From the NCBI GenBank assembly GCA_951406725.2, contig OX597815.1, positions 152,644,001 through 152,708,000 on the forward strand: a stretch of DNA of 64,000 nucleotides, read 5' to 3'. This stretch comes from Octopus vulgaris. Taxonomy: Eukaryota. Positions 52,008 to 64,000 of the stretch are shown piece by piece. Below the pieces are notes generated by a model. The model made no database searches, was not told the origin of the DNA, and saw only the letters and a list, made by a program, of their open reading frames with translations. Position 1 is the stretch's first letter. Every line of letters starts with the position of its first letter. Both the position numbers and the translations under genes were made by a program.

Positions 52008-53566
52008 CTGTCAAAATAGAAAGGATTATAAATGTAAAATGCCAGTTATCATTTTATCTTTTACTTGCTTCAGTCATTGGATTGCAGCCATGCTAGAGCA
52101 CTACCTAGAAAGATTTAATCAAATAATTTAACCGCAGGACATATTTTCTTTTTAATCTGATACATATTCTATCAGTCACTTTTGGTGAACCATTAAGTTA
52201 AGGGGATGTAAATAAAACTGGGACGGACCCAAAGGGGGGAGGGGCCTTAGGGACACGTGCCCCTCTCAAGAAAAGAAGTGCACCCTTCTAAATAATATTA
52301 TTACGCCCTTTTCTCCTGAAATTGTATTCCTTTCTGACCTTATGCCCTCCTTTTGAAAAATTCCTGGGACTGTGCCTGTAAACCAACACTTGTCAAGCAG
52401 CAGTGAGGACAAACACAAAGACACACACATTAGCGTAGCGATCGGGAGAGGGGTGGGGACAGCCTACCCCGAGTGGCACTTTTAAAGGAGCACCACTTTT
52501 GGGTTTGCTGTAGGTAATATGTGTTTCTTGTGGGGTCCGGGAGTAGCAAATAGAAGAGCTGCCCCAGGTGGCACACACTCTAGCTACACTATTGGACACG
52601 CATACACATATATTTGATACGCTTCCATGCCAGATTCAGTTACAAGGCATGGGTTGGCCTAGGGTTATAGCAGAAGTCAGAAGTCACTTGTGCAAGGTGC
52701 TACACAGTGGGGTTGAAGCAGAAACCATATACTTGGGGAACCAACTTCTTAATCACTCAACCACACCAACACCCATAAAACTCAATTAACTTTCTGACGC
52801 CAGGAATCAAACCCAGGCCAACCAGGTGAAAACCAATAATCCCAACCATTACCCACATCAGAAGATGGATATGAAAAAAAAACAAGGCATTTTGAGCAGA
52901 CGGCATTCATTAGATAACCACAGGATACCTGGTGATGGAGTGATTAAGAAAAAGCTGGGTCAGGTGGGGAAAAAAACAAAACATAATAACCAGCTATTTT
53001 GTATGTATAGTCCAAAGTTAACTTTGATCAAAGGTATTCCAGTTATGGCCACTCCATCTATTTTTTGACATATTGCATCAAGGATTGTTGTTGTATATTC
53101 CTTCTCAAGCTATGCCAGGCTCATAAGGGCCAATTTCCCCACTTTCATTGGCGTCTAGGTTCTCCACCTGGATGGTCTATTGCAGGTGAGCTGCTAGATG
53201 CTGGAGGAAAGAGTGAGAGAAAGTTGTGGTGAAAGAGTAGACAGAAGCTCGCCGTTACCTTCTGCTAAAGCCACGTGGAGCTTAGGTGTTTCACTCATAA
53301 ACCCACATATCACCTTGTCTGAGATTCGAACCCGTGAACCCTCAACCATGAACCCGCTGCTCTAACCACTAGGCCATGTCCCTCCACATATCAAGGACTA
53401 CATTATCTAATATATTCCTTTGTGTTTTTTTTTTTTTATTTTTAGATGGTAGACAATGATTTAAGGAAGATTTGACTACTACCGTTGGCAGGTCAAGCAA
53501 CTCATGCTACCTTGGGGTGGTTTGACAACTAGCGTTGGGAGTTGGGTGGAAATATCAAACAATTAC

Positions 53567-53711
53567 CTTGGGGTGACTGAAGGGGTGAAGCTGGATTAGG
53601 GGGCAAAATTCCATCATATTTATTGAGAAGATTCAAAGCTTTCTCTAAATCATTTTTGGATGACTTTAGTGCTTCTTTAGAGAATTCTGTTATGTATCCA
53701 AGATCAACAAT
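53567..53711 (-). CDS. NUB1: NUB1 penultimate exon, UBA domain (IVDLGYITEFSKEALKSSKNDLEKALNLLNKYDGILPPNPASPLQSPQ)
   Basis: Acceptor tttctttccatttcttgtag and donor G|gtaatt; 145 nt (phase 0 to 1). UBA pattern LGY...AL...ND.EKA.N.L followed by G.LPP as in NUB1. No upstream exons recognised within the window. Confidence 0.88.
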
Positions 53712-54815
53712 CTACAAGAAATGGAAAGAAATTATTATATTTTTAGACATTTATTATTATTATCATTATTAATTATTATTATTATTATTATTGAGTGAGA
53801 GAGAAATGCATGCCATCAAAGTGACACCGGGGTAAAATATACGAAGCCCAGAATACCCATCATGACAACTCATCTGATAAGGGTACACCAGGCACAAGCA
53901 TCACAACCATGTGTGCGACATAGAGATCTGATACCAAGATAAACGGAGCATGGCCCTGCAGGTGGGGCCCAGTTAGAATTTTCATCAGGTTGAGTAGCTC
54001 ATCCCACTCAAAAGGTCCCTGAATAAAGGTTGTTTAAGGATGATGAACAAAACACCCATGTTTTCAGAGGTAAATTATTTAAACTCCAAAGAATACCTCT
54101 CAACACATGGCTATGATGTTCCCCCACTACTACTCATGATCAGAGATGCACATATCATCAGCCACTAAGGGAGATGCTCAACTGGTTATGGTCAAACAAT
54201 TGACAAGTAAATCTGTGGTAATGAACAGAATATTTGCTGTAGCCCATCTTTTATACCAAGACAAAACAATGTACATGATAACACTTCCAATCATTTAGGA
54301 TCAGAAGCCATGAAAGCCACTGCCAGGTACTACATAAAGGCATTTATTATTATTATTGGCAAGATCATTAGCACACTGAGCAAAATGCCTGGTGACATTT
54401 TGCTTGTCTTTAAGTTCTGATTTCAAATTCCGCCAAGGTCAACTTTGCCTTTATCCTTTTGGGATCGAGAAAATAAGTACCAGTTGACCACTGAGTTTAA
54501 TGCAATCAACTCATCCCTGCCTATAAAACTGCTGCCCTTGTGACAAAATTTGAAACCATTATTATTATTATTATTATTTATTATTATTATCATCATTATT
54601 AAAGGTTGCGACCTGGCAGAATTGTTAACATACTGAGCAAAATGCCTGGTGGTATTTCATCCTGTTCTGAGTTCAAATTCTGCCAAAGTCAACTTTGCCT
54701 TTCCTTCTTTAGGGGTCGTTAAAATAAGTACCAGTTGAACACTAAAGTCGATGTAATCGACAAGTCCCCTATCACAAAATTTCAGGTCTTGTGCCTATAG
54801 TAGAAAGGATTATTA

Positions 54816-54847
<32 letters not shown>

Positions 54848-54867
54848 GTTGTTGTTGTTATTATTAA

Positions 54868-55501
54868 CCCTTTCATTACATTATTCCTAAGTAGAACACA
54901 TCCCTTATGAGTTTCAATTAAATTCTAAAATCATCACAAATTTAGACTGGTTTCATTAAACAACTGTAATTTATCAGAGTGGTTGGCATTAGGAAGGGCA
55001 TCCAGCTGTAGAAACATTGCCAGATCAACCCTCAGTCAAACAATCCAACTCATGCCAACATGGAAAGCAGATGTTAAACGATGATGATGATGATGAATTG
55101 AAGAAAAGTTTTCAATCAATTCTATTGCATAACTTTTGTCTCTAAGTGACTCTAATCACAAGCTAGCTTTTTTTATCTTGGTTTGTTTACTTTCTGTGAA
55201 ATGATTTGTTTCCGTAGTGATTGCTGCTTACAAGCCTACATTTGCTTGACTTCTCCATATCTTCTGTTGAAAAGCCTTCAAATTCAGAATCCGTAATCCA
55301 TTTTAAAAGTTGAAAAAAAATCACTGAAGAAAAAATGTGGGAAAAAAAAATCTCCCAAAATTCGCACAGCTCAGATATCAAACAATGTCAGATATTGTAA
55401 CTCAACTATTTACAAAGTAAAATCAAATGTTTTCATCATTTGTGCTGAAATTCACATTTAAATATCAATGGGTTCATTCAGATGGGTTGGTAATGAAAGA
55501 G
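54868..55501. mobile_element. piggyBac-type MITE with a nested SINE
   Basis: TTAA-ccctttcattac ... gtaatgaaagag-TTAA. Confidence 0.75.
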
Positions 55502-56136
55502 TTAACGGCAACGAGCTAGCAAAATCATTATCACACTGGGCATAACTATTTAGTGGCACTTTAACTGTCTTTCCATTCTAAGTTCAAATTCCACTGAGGA
55601 TAACTTTCTCTTTCATTCTTTTGTGATCAATAAATCAAGTACCAGTCAAGAACTGGGGGTTGATGTCATTAACTAGTTCCCTTCCCCAAAATTTCAAGCT
55701 TTATGTCTATAGTAGAAAGGATTATTATTATCATTATTCTTTGAGCTCAAATCTCTCTAGGAAAAGAAACAGATTTTTGAACCCCAGTTAAACTCCAGAT
55801 CCTTCTGTCTCATACTTCGCTTGAAAGTCATGACATTTTGAAACCAGTTAAGTAAATGACTCCTGATAAAAAATACATTTTCCTCTATGTTTATAGATGG
55901 ATGTGTGTGTATGTGTGTGTGTGTGCATGTATGCATTCTTTTATTTGTTTCAGTCATTTGACTGTGGCCATGCTGAATCACTGCCTTTAGTCTAACAAAT
56001 CAACCCCAGGACTTATTGTTTCTAAGCCTAGCACTTATTCTTTGGTCTCTTTTTGCTGAACTGCTAAGTTACAGGGACGTAAACACACCAACATTGGTTG
56101 TCAAGCAATGGTGGGGGGACAAAAACATAGACACAA

Positions 56137-56179
<43 letters not shown>

Positions 56180-56181
<2 letters not shown>

Positions 56182-57840
56182 AGCAGAGATACCCGGCATT
56201 GTCTGTGTTGCATGCAATTGAAGAATTAGATTTTTCTGTAATATTTTCTGTAATACTTATGATTCTCATGGTTTTTTTCCATCTTTACACACCCTAAAAA
56301 AATTCTAATCATGACACATATCCCACACTACTGATTTTTCTACACAGATTCCAAAATTCCAGTCTTATAGAACCTGTTAAAAGGATTTTGCTCCTGAAAA
56401 ATGGAGGTCATGGAGCTCTAAAATGTGGGAGTTAAGGTCCCTATTGGAGGTGGGTGTCTGAATGTCAACCAGAGAAGTTGAATTGTTGAGAATCTTTTTA
56501 ACTTGGGTCTTATATCTATTGTTTGAATTTCTTTGAAATAGGAAATATATGTATGTTCACTGGGTTTGTAAAAGAGAGCAAAGCTACAGGAAACGAAAAG
56601 ACGAATGATCACAATAAGCAATCAGCTACAATATTCTAGTCGTTACCACTCCCAATGTAGGATTTCTCACCATACAGGTGACAAGCACAGCCGTAAGATG
56701 CATTACGGATCAATAGCAATTGGAAGGGCATAACCCAACTAAAATAAACATTAACAACTGTTTGATGTGAGGGCTAAGGAGAAATGAAAGTGTCACCTCT
56801 GGAGTTTGCAAATGACCACTATACTGATACGTAACTGGATAGAAGAAATTTACAATCTATAAATATCTTTGAATAATCAGTCACTCATCTGGGAAGGCCT
56901 TGAAATCAATGTTAGCATCCAGGGACTATGTGTGACCCACTGATAATAAAAAGACTGAAAGGAGATCTGCAACCAAATAACTTTACTCAACACTTTGCAA
57001 CTGAACCAGTTAGGTCAAATATGCCTCTCATTTACTTGACAATTTATGCACCACATTGCAGAAATCACAATGTAAGTATATCTCAAAGCAAACTCTTACA
57101 CTGTTGTACCAATGAATTACAAATAATGCTCATCTTTTATGCTCGGGTGACCTTAGAGCTTCCAAGAGTACAAATGTAGTTGTCTTTGCTTAGATAAAAT
57201 GACTAAATTGTGGGTGTTAAGTCCCCATGAAGGGACTCTTTCTAACTTGTAAGATGAAATTTTAGAAATATTACTTCATTTGTGTCTAATATCTATGGTT
57301 AAAATTTCATCAACAGCAAAAATATATGAATTATCATGAGGGTTATGGCCCTTATGCATAGAATATAATTTCCAAATTTTGTAAACATCCATTCAGTACT
57401 TTTGACTTAGTTTTGGAACATAAAAGAAATGACTAAAATTTTGGAGTTAAGGCCCCCAATAGGGTGTCTTAGAATCCTCATGAGAAGTAGAAACTTTGAG
57501 AATACTTCTTGATGTGTGTCAATTACCCATGGTTGAAATTCCATCAACATCAAAAATTTATGAATTTTCATGGGGGTTCTGCCCCCTTTAAGCCATCTGA
57601 AATTCAAACCAAATATATTGCATTATACCCACCCTTATGCATTGAATCTAAGTTCCAAATATCATAAGGATCCATTCAGTAATTTTGATCCATGAAAATG
57701 TATGAAACACAGTATTACCCTTCTCCCTAGGCTTGGATTTTGTGTTCCAAATTTCATTAGGATCGGTGCAGCAGTTTTCGAATGTATAAGTAACACACGA
57801 ACACACATAAAGACATTGACTTTGATATAATAGATATGAA
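56180..57840. mobile_element. Non-autonomous Helitron-like element with degenerate internal repeats
   Basis: Start agcagagatacccggc; end ccaaatttcattaggatcggtgcagcagtttt...acacacataaagacattgactttgatataatagat. Internal ggagttaagg(t/c)ccc repeats. Flanked by (TA)n. Confidence 0.5.
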
Positions 57841-57876
57841 TATGCACATATACATACATGTATATATATGTGTGTG

Positions 57877-57931
<55 letters not shown>

Positions 57932-57964
57932 TAGACACACACACACACACACAAAAAATAAGAT

Positions 57965-58600
57965 AAACTGGGAAATATGCTGTGCTTGAGAAAACCCGGC
58001 AAGCCAAATGAAACCATAACCTCGTGGCCTATGCCAGGGGCATAACCAGCCCACTTATGCGTACCTTTTCCTTCTTTGGACACTAAACTCTGCTTGCAAA
58101 GATCTGATGAGGCAAGTGAAATCGAAACCAAATTCGATGACTGGCATCCGTACTAGCGGTGTGCAAAGAGCACCATACGAGTATGATCGTTGACAGAGCA
58201 GCTAAACGGCTTCCGTGTTAGTGGCACATAAAAGGCACCATTTGAGTGTGATCATTACCAGCATCGCCTTACTGGCACTTGTGCCCCATGCTAGTAGGGT
58301 GCAAAGAGCACCATCCGAGCGTGATCGTTGCCAGAGAGGCTAACTGGCTTTCGTGCCGGTGGCACATGTAAAAACATTCAAGCGAGGTCATTGCCAGTAT
58401 CGCCTGGCTGGCCCCCATGCCAGTGGCACGTAAAAGCACCCACTACACTCTTGGAGTGGTTGGCATTAGGAAGGGCATCTAGCTGTAGAAACTCTGCCAC
58501 AAGATTGGAGCTTGGTGCAGCCATGTGGTTCGCCAGCCCTCAGTCAAATCGTCCAACACATGCAAGCATGGAAAGCAGACGTTAAACGATGATGATGATG
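57965..58600 (+). mobile_element. RTE LINE 3' UTR fragment
   Basis: Reverse-complement match to 62170-62735; (GAT)n tail. Confidence 0.85.
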
Positions 58601-59166
58601 AACTAAGTGGGCAAACAAAAATATGAGACACAGCCTAGTGCTTTTTTCTTATGTTGAAAAGCCTGGTGCTTATTCTATCAGTTTCTTCTTGTCAAACCAG
58701 TAAGTTATGGAGATATAAATAAATGAACAGCAGTTGTGAAGCAGTGATGAGGGCGAAACACAGAGACAAAGACACAGTCATACACTTACATATATACATA
58801 TATATACGATTGATTTCTTTCAGTTTCTGTCTACAAAATCCACTGACAAGGCTTTTGTTGGTCTGAGGCTATAGCAGAGGACACATGCCAAGTTAACACA
58901 CAGTGGGACTGAACCCAGGACCATGTGTTTTAGAACTAAGTTTGTTACCACACAGCCACATCTGCACCAATGTATGTGTGTGTGTGTGTGTGTGTGTATG
59001 GATGTATATATTTATGATTTTCTATGCTACAAAATACTGTTAAAATACTTTTTTTTTACTAGAACTTTCTCGTTTGTTCAAATAATCTTATGAGTTGTCA
59101 TTTTTAAGTGTCAAAACGCTAGCTTCTTCATTCAGCACTGAGACAACATAATGTAGTATCGTAATA

Positions 59167-60169
59167 ATGTCGAAAAGTAAAGAACTCACAAATTCAGTGA
59201 AAAACTTAATTATTGAACAGTAGAAAGCAGGTAAAAGTAACAGGAAAATATCAGAGACCCTTTGTATTCCATTTTCTACCATATCTTCATTTATTCAAAG
59301 ATATAAAAATTCAGGAACTGCTGAAAACAGAATAAGATCTGGTGCATCATGCAAGATTTCCCCTAAATCTTTAAGAAAAATGAAGCAAAGAATCGAAAAA
59401 AAACGCCATGATCACCAGAAAGAGTTGCAAGAATATCTGTTAGCTTCAGGGACTAGTGTTACACTATGAACAATCAGCAATGAACTTCATAGGAATGAAC
59501 TGAAGTCACGCTCTCCTAGGAAAACTCCGCTGTTGACTAAAAGGCATAGAGATGCCTGTTTAAAATTTGTTTATGAACATAAGGATAAATCTGATACATT
59601 CTGGGAAAAATGTTCTATGGACAGACAAATCGAAAATTGAATTGTTTGGATGCAATTTGCGTAGCCATGTTCGATGAAAGATGGTAATGCCTATTCGCCG
59701 ATAAACACAATTCCTACCGTAAAATTTGGAGGTGGCAACATCATGGTGTGGGGGTGTTTCTCTGCAAATTGTACTGGCAATTTACATGTGATAGATGGTA
59801 GAATGAATGCAGAGATGTACCAAAATAGTTTGAACAATAATTTATAGGACTCTGTAGAAAAGCTCCAGCTTTGTGAAGGGTGGGTTTTACAACAGGATAA
59901 CCACCCTAAGGACACGGCGAAGTCTACCAAAAAATGGATTGTCAATCACAATATAAAATTATTAGAATGGCCAAGGCAGTCACCTGACTTGAACCCCATT
60001 GAAAATTAAAATTCATTCAAGAGCCCCAATGTGCATTGCAGATTTGAAGAAAATTTGTCAAGAAGAATGGGAAAAAAATCCTAAAGAAACATGCAAGTCA
60101 TTGATTAAGAACTACAAGAAGAGATTGGTTAAAGTGGAACTGAATAATGGTTATGCTACGAAGTATTAA
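59167..60169 (+). pseudogene. Tc1-family (DDE) transposase, decayed; right end of element near 60399
   Basis: HTH N-terminus MSKSKEL..., [41 protein letters not shown], with stops and frameshifts. Element ends ...cactg next to (TA)n. Confidence 0.9.
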
Positions 60170-60396
60170 ATCAGAATTATCAGTTATTTATGTTCTGTAC
60201 GAATACTTTTTTCACCCCTAAATATTTATAATTGAATATAAATTCCTTAGTTACTATAATTTATTAGTTTCTTTTGCATATTCTTAGTTTATGCATGTGT
60301 ATGCAAATATAATATTGGTATATTCCATTTCTATTCATTAGAAATTAAAAAATAAAGAATTTTGACATGTATGAATATTTATTTTATTTCCCCCCA

Positions 60397-60426
<30 letters not shown>

Positions 60427-60433
<7 letters not shown>

Positions 60434-61968
60434 TAAAAAATGGAGTTAACGCAGGTGTAAACAAGTATTTTTACTTTCGACACATGTTTCGAAAATTCCA
60501 CTGATACTATTCAAAAGAATAAATGGTATAAACAATGCAATCTTCTCTTCGGGAAAGTTAAAAAAATGAAACTCGTCAATACGACATTTTAGCAAAAAAT
60601 GATGGATTTGTATAGCGATAGACAGAATGCTATTAATATTGTTTAAAAAAACGTTATATGATATAACGTCATAAGTAGCTAACAGAAAGAGTAGGGATAT
60701 TAATAGTGAATGTTAAATATAAAGGAAATTAAAGTTTAAATTATATATAATGATAGAGACTACTTATATGCACTAAATGTATGTTTCTGCCAATGCTTAC
60801 ATCTGTATGCTCGTTCTATAACCGTGTTTACTAGAGTATTTTTAGAAAAAATAATGAAAAATAGCTCAGAATTGCAGAGAAGACAGAATTTCTTGCCTTT
60901 GTCATATGGTATCGAAATTGAGAGGATCAACCATTCTAAATGAAATTGTTCATTGTGGTCTTTTAAATCCCAAATCAGTTTGCTAAGACCGGTACTATTC
61001 CGTTTATTTCTATCCCTAAATGTTGAGTAATGGATAGAAATTCTTTTAGATAACTCTAACGATGTGCTTCCAATGTAAAATCGTACTTTATTACGAGTAC
61101 TGATTATACACTGGTATATAGAATTTTTAATCTTAGAGTTACTTGACATAAATTTAATTCTATTGGAATTAACTTCAGATACAATAACCTTGTTATTAAT
61201 ATTTCTAGAGGGTTGGATGGTATTAGCTAAATTAATGTTAGTATTAGTAAGTAAATGTATTAATATTTAACAGTTTGTTATTATGAGAAGATATAATTTG
61301 CAAGAGATTTTTTGTGTTTGAAAAACCTATCCTAACCTTATGTGAATTAATTATAGAGTAATATCTAGAATTGTTTGGAAAATTCCTAGCAATAGCTTGA
61401 CGAAACAGCAGTGGGAGATTAGATTTAATTTGTCTCCGTAAGGAATTATTAACCAAATATTTTTACTAGTATTCATAGCGTAATTACTTTTGAAGGTGTT
61501 ATATTTACTTTTAGATCGATAATAGGGGATTAAATAAGGGTTATCTGCATTCATTCGCCCTGCATCGGTGCATAAGTTATGTTTGTTATCAATAATTCCT
61601 TTACGACTAGAAATCTTATCTACATTATTGAATTTACAATTAGATTGAGCAGAATCAATGTCATATTGACGAGTTTCGTTTTTTTCACTTTCCCGAAGAG
61701 AAGATTGCATTGTTTATACCATTTATTCTTTTGAATAGTATCAGTGGAATTTTCGAAACATGTGTCGAAAGTAAAAATACTTGTTTACACCTGCGTTAAC
61801 TCCATTTTTTATTCATATTATTCAAAATATTCAACGTAAACACAAAGTTTCAACCTTTATAACAAGGAGTTACAACACCTTTACTTGTGATATTTTTGCT
61901 GCCCTGGTAACTATTCATTTATTTTTCCATGTTAATTGTTAATAAGGTAAAGATACACTCATCTATTT
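60427..61968. mobile_element. Naiad-type Penelope-like element fragment with ~160-bp inverted ends
   Basis: ORF 60760-61149(-): IY...FYIGST...KR...H...STGLS..IW.LK...W...C.LC..E...CKH. Inverted repeats at 60427-60588 and 61657-61818. Confidence 0.85.
61687..61772 (+). ncRNA. Type I hammerhead ribozyme motif with long stem II; inverted copy at 60473-60558(-)
   Basis: actttc-CCGAAGA-[gaagatt...aattttc]-GAAA-catgtg-TC-gaaagt. Perfect 6-bp stem I and GUC triplet. Confidence 0.7.
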
Positions 61969-62169
61969 ATATATATATATATTTGCCCTCATGCCGTTGG
62001 CACATAAAAGTACCCATTACACTCTCGGAGTGGTTGGTGTTAGGAAGGGCATCCAGCTGTAGAAGTTCTGCCAGATCAAGATTGGAGCCTGGTGCAGCCA
62101 TCTGGTTCGCCAGCCCTCAGTCAAATCGTCCAACCCATGCAGACGCTAAATGATGATGATGATAACCTC

Positions 62170-63122
62170 ATCATCATCATCATCGTTTATCGTCCACTTT
62201 CCATGCTGGCATGCGTTGGACGATTTGACTGAGGGCTGGCGAACCACATGGCTGCACCAGGCTCCAATCTTGATCTAGCAGTTTCTACAGCTGGATGCCC
62301 TTCCTAAAGCCAACCACTCCGAGAGTGTAGTGGGTTCTTTTATGTGCCACTGGCACGGGGGCCAGTCAGGCGGTACTGGCAATGACCTCGCTCGAATCTT
62401 TTTACACATGCCACCAGCACAGGTGCCAGTAAGGCCACACTGGTAACGATTACACTCGGATGGTGCCTTTTATATGCCAATGGCACGGAAGCCGGTTAGC
62501 CGCTCTCTCAACGATTACACTTGTATGGTGCTCTTTGCACACCGCTAGCAAGGATGCCAGTCATCGAATTTGATTTCTATTTCACTTGCCTCAACAGGTC
62601 TTCGCAAGCAGAGTTTAGTGTCTAAAGAAGGAAAAGGTATGCATAAGTGGGCTGATTATGCCTCTGGCATAGGCCACGAGGTTATGGTTTCATTTGGCTT
62701 GCCGGGTCTTCTGAAGCACAGCATATTTCCAAAAGTCTCGGTCACTAGTCATTTCCTCGGTGAGGCCTAGAGTTCGAAGGTCGTGCTTCACCACTTCATC
62801 CCAGGTCTTCCTGGGTCTATCTCTTCCACAGGTTCCCTCAACCGCTAGGGTGTGGCACTTTTTCACACAGCTATCCTCATCCATTCTCGCCACATGACCA
62901 TACCAGTGCAGTCGTCTCTCTTGCACACCACATCTGATGCTTCTTAGGTCCAACTTATTTCTCAAGGTACTTACACTCTGTTGAGTATGCACACTGACAT
63001 TACACATCCATCAGATCATACTGGCTTCATTCCTTGCAAGCTTACACATGTCCTCAGCAGTCACAGCCCATGTTTCACTGCCATGTAGCATGGCTGTTCA
63101 TACACATGCATTATACAGTCTA
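62170..63122 (-). mobile_element. RTE-clade LINE 3' fragment with 3' UTR
   Basis: ORF 62690-63007: RRLHWYGHVARM...RPRKTW. Related to 23222-24163. Confidence 0.9.
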
Positions 63123-63481
63123 CATATATATATATATACATACATATATTATATATATGTATGTATGTATGCCTGTATATATGTGAGATAATAGTTTCAC
63201 TTTAATGGTTTCAGTATTAAAGTGAAACTATTGAAGTGAAAATATCTGACATTACAATAGAGAGATATTATTGTTTTACTCCTGACACGTAATGCTGAAA
63301 TAGTGAAAAAGATATGTTACTGTGGGCTTGCACTAGGCAAGAAGTTAAACATTTTTTTGGCCTATGACACTACATGGACCCTTAGTAAGGCATGTGTAAA
63401 ATTTGAATGAAATTGGTTGTGTAGTTCTCAAGTTTTAGGGATTCACACAGGCACACAGACAGACATGCTCAACTTTATATA

Positions 63482-63515
<34 letters not shown>

Positions 63516-64000
63516 CGATGAGATTTTTTCAGTTTCCGTCTACCATATCCACTCACAAGGCTTTGGTCAGCCCAAGGCTATAGTAGAAGACACTTGCCCA
63601 AGGTGCCATGCAGTGGGACTGAACCTGGAACCATGTGGTTGGTAAGCAAGCTACTTACCACGGAGCCATGCATCATCATCAACATAGTTTTAACTTCTAT
63701 GTTTCCATTAGGTATATTTTCCAAAGACAGGAAATGAACAATGTTGCTTGTATGATGGTGACACAGGTTTACAGGTATCATGTGATGTCAAGAGAAGGGC
63801 ACAAACACACATACACATACATATATACACACATGATAAGCTTCTTTCAGTTTCTGACTATCAAATCCACTCACAAGGCTTTGGTTGGTCCAGGATTATA
63901 GTAGAAAACACTAGTCCAACGTGCCATGCAGTAGAACAGAACCTGAGACCACAAGGGTTGGAGGCTATCTTCTCAAACAAACAGCCACATATCATTTAAC

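Overview
AT-rich, repeat-dense eukaryotic (animal) DNA, not prokaryotic. The SINE/LINE families and the (TA)n, (ATG)n and (TAA)n microsatellites suggest an octopus/coleoid cephalopod genome (inference from recalled repeat families). Most ORF-track entries are microsatellite or repeat artefacts. Supportable genic content: (i) the last two coding exons of NUB1 on the minus strand (53567-53711, 51856-52007); (ii) a plus-strand gene fragment absent from the ORF track, made of symmetric phase-1 micro-exons (36, 48?, 36, 72, 36 nt) and ending in a death-domain-like exon (22024-22142). The micro-exons lie in nested tandem duplications (1-17 kb), and two 36-nt exons share only 19/36 nt while their flanking introns are >90% identical. 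This is the most unusual signal in the window. The rest is transposon-derived: CR1, RTE, R4/Dong and Tx1 LINE fragments, Penelope-like elements (several with inverted ends, hammerhead ribozyme motifs and adjacent (TA)n), a decayed Tc1, MITEs and foldbacks, Helitron-like elements and many SINEs. Coordinates were read by eye and repeat boundaries are approximate.
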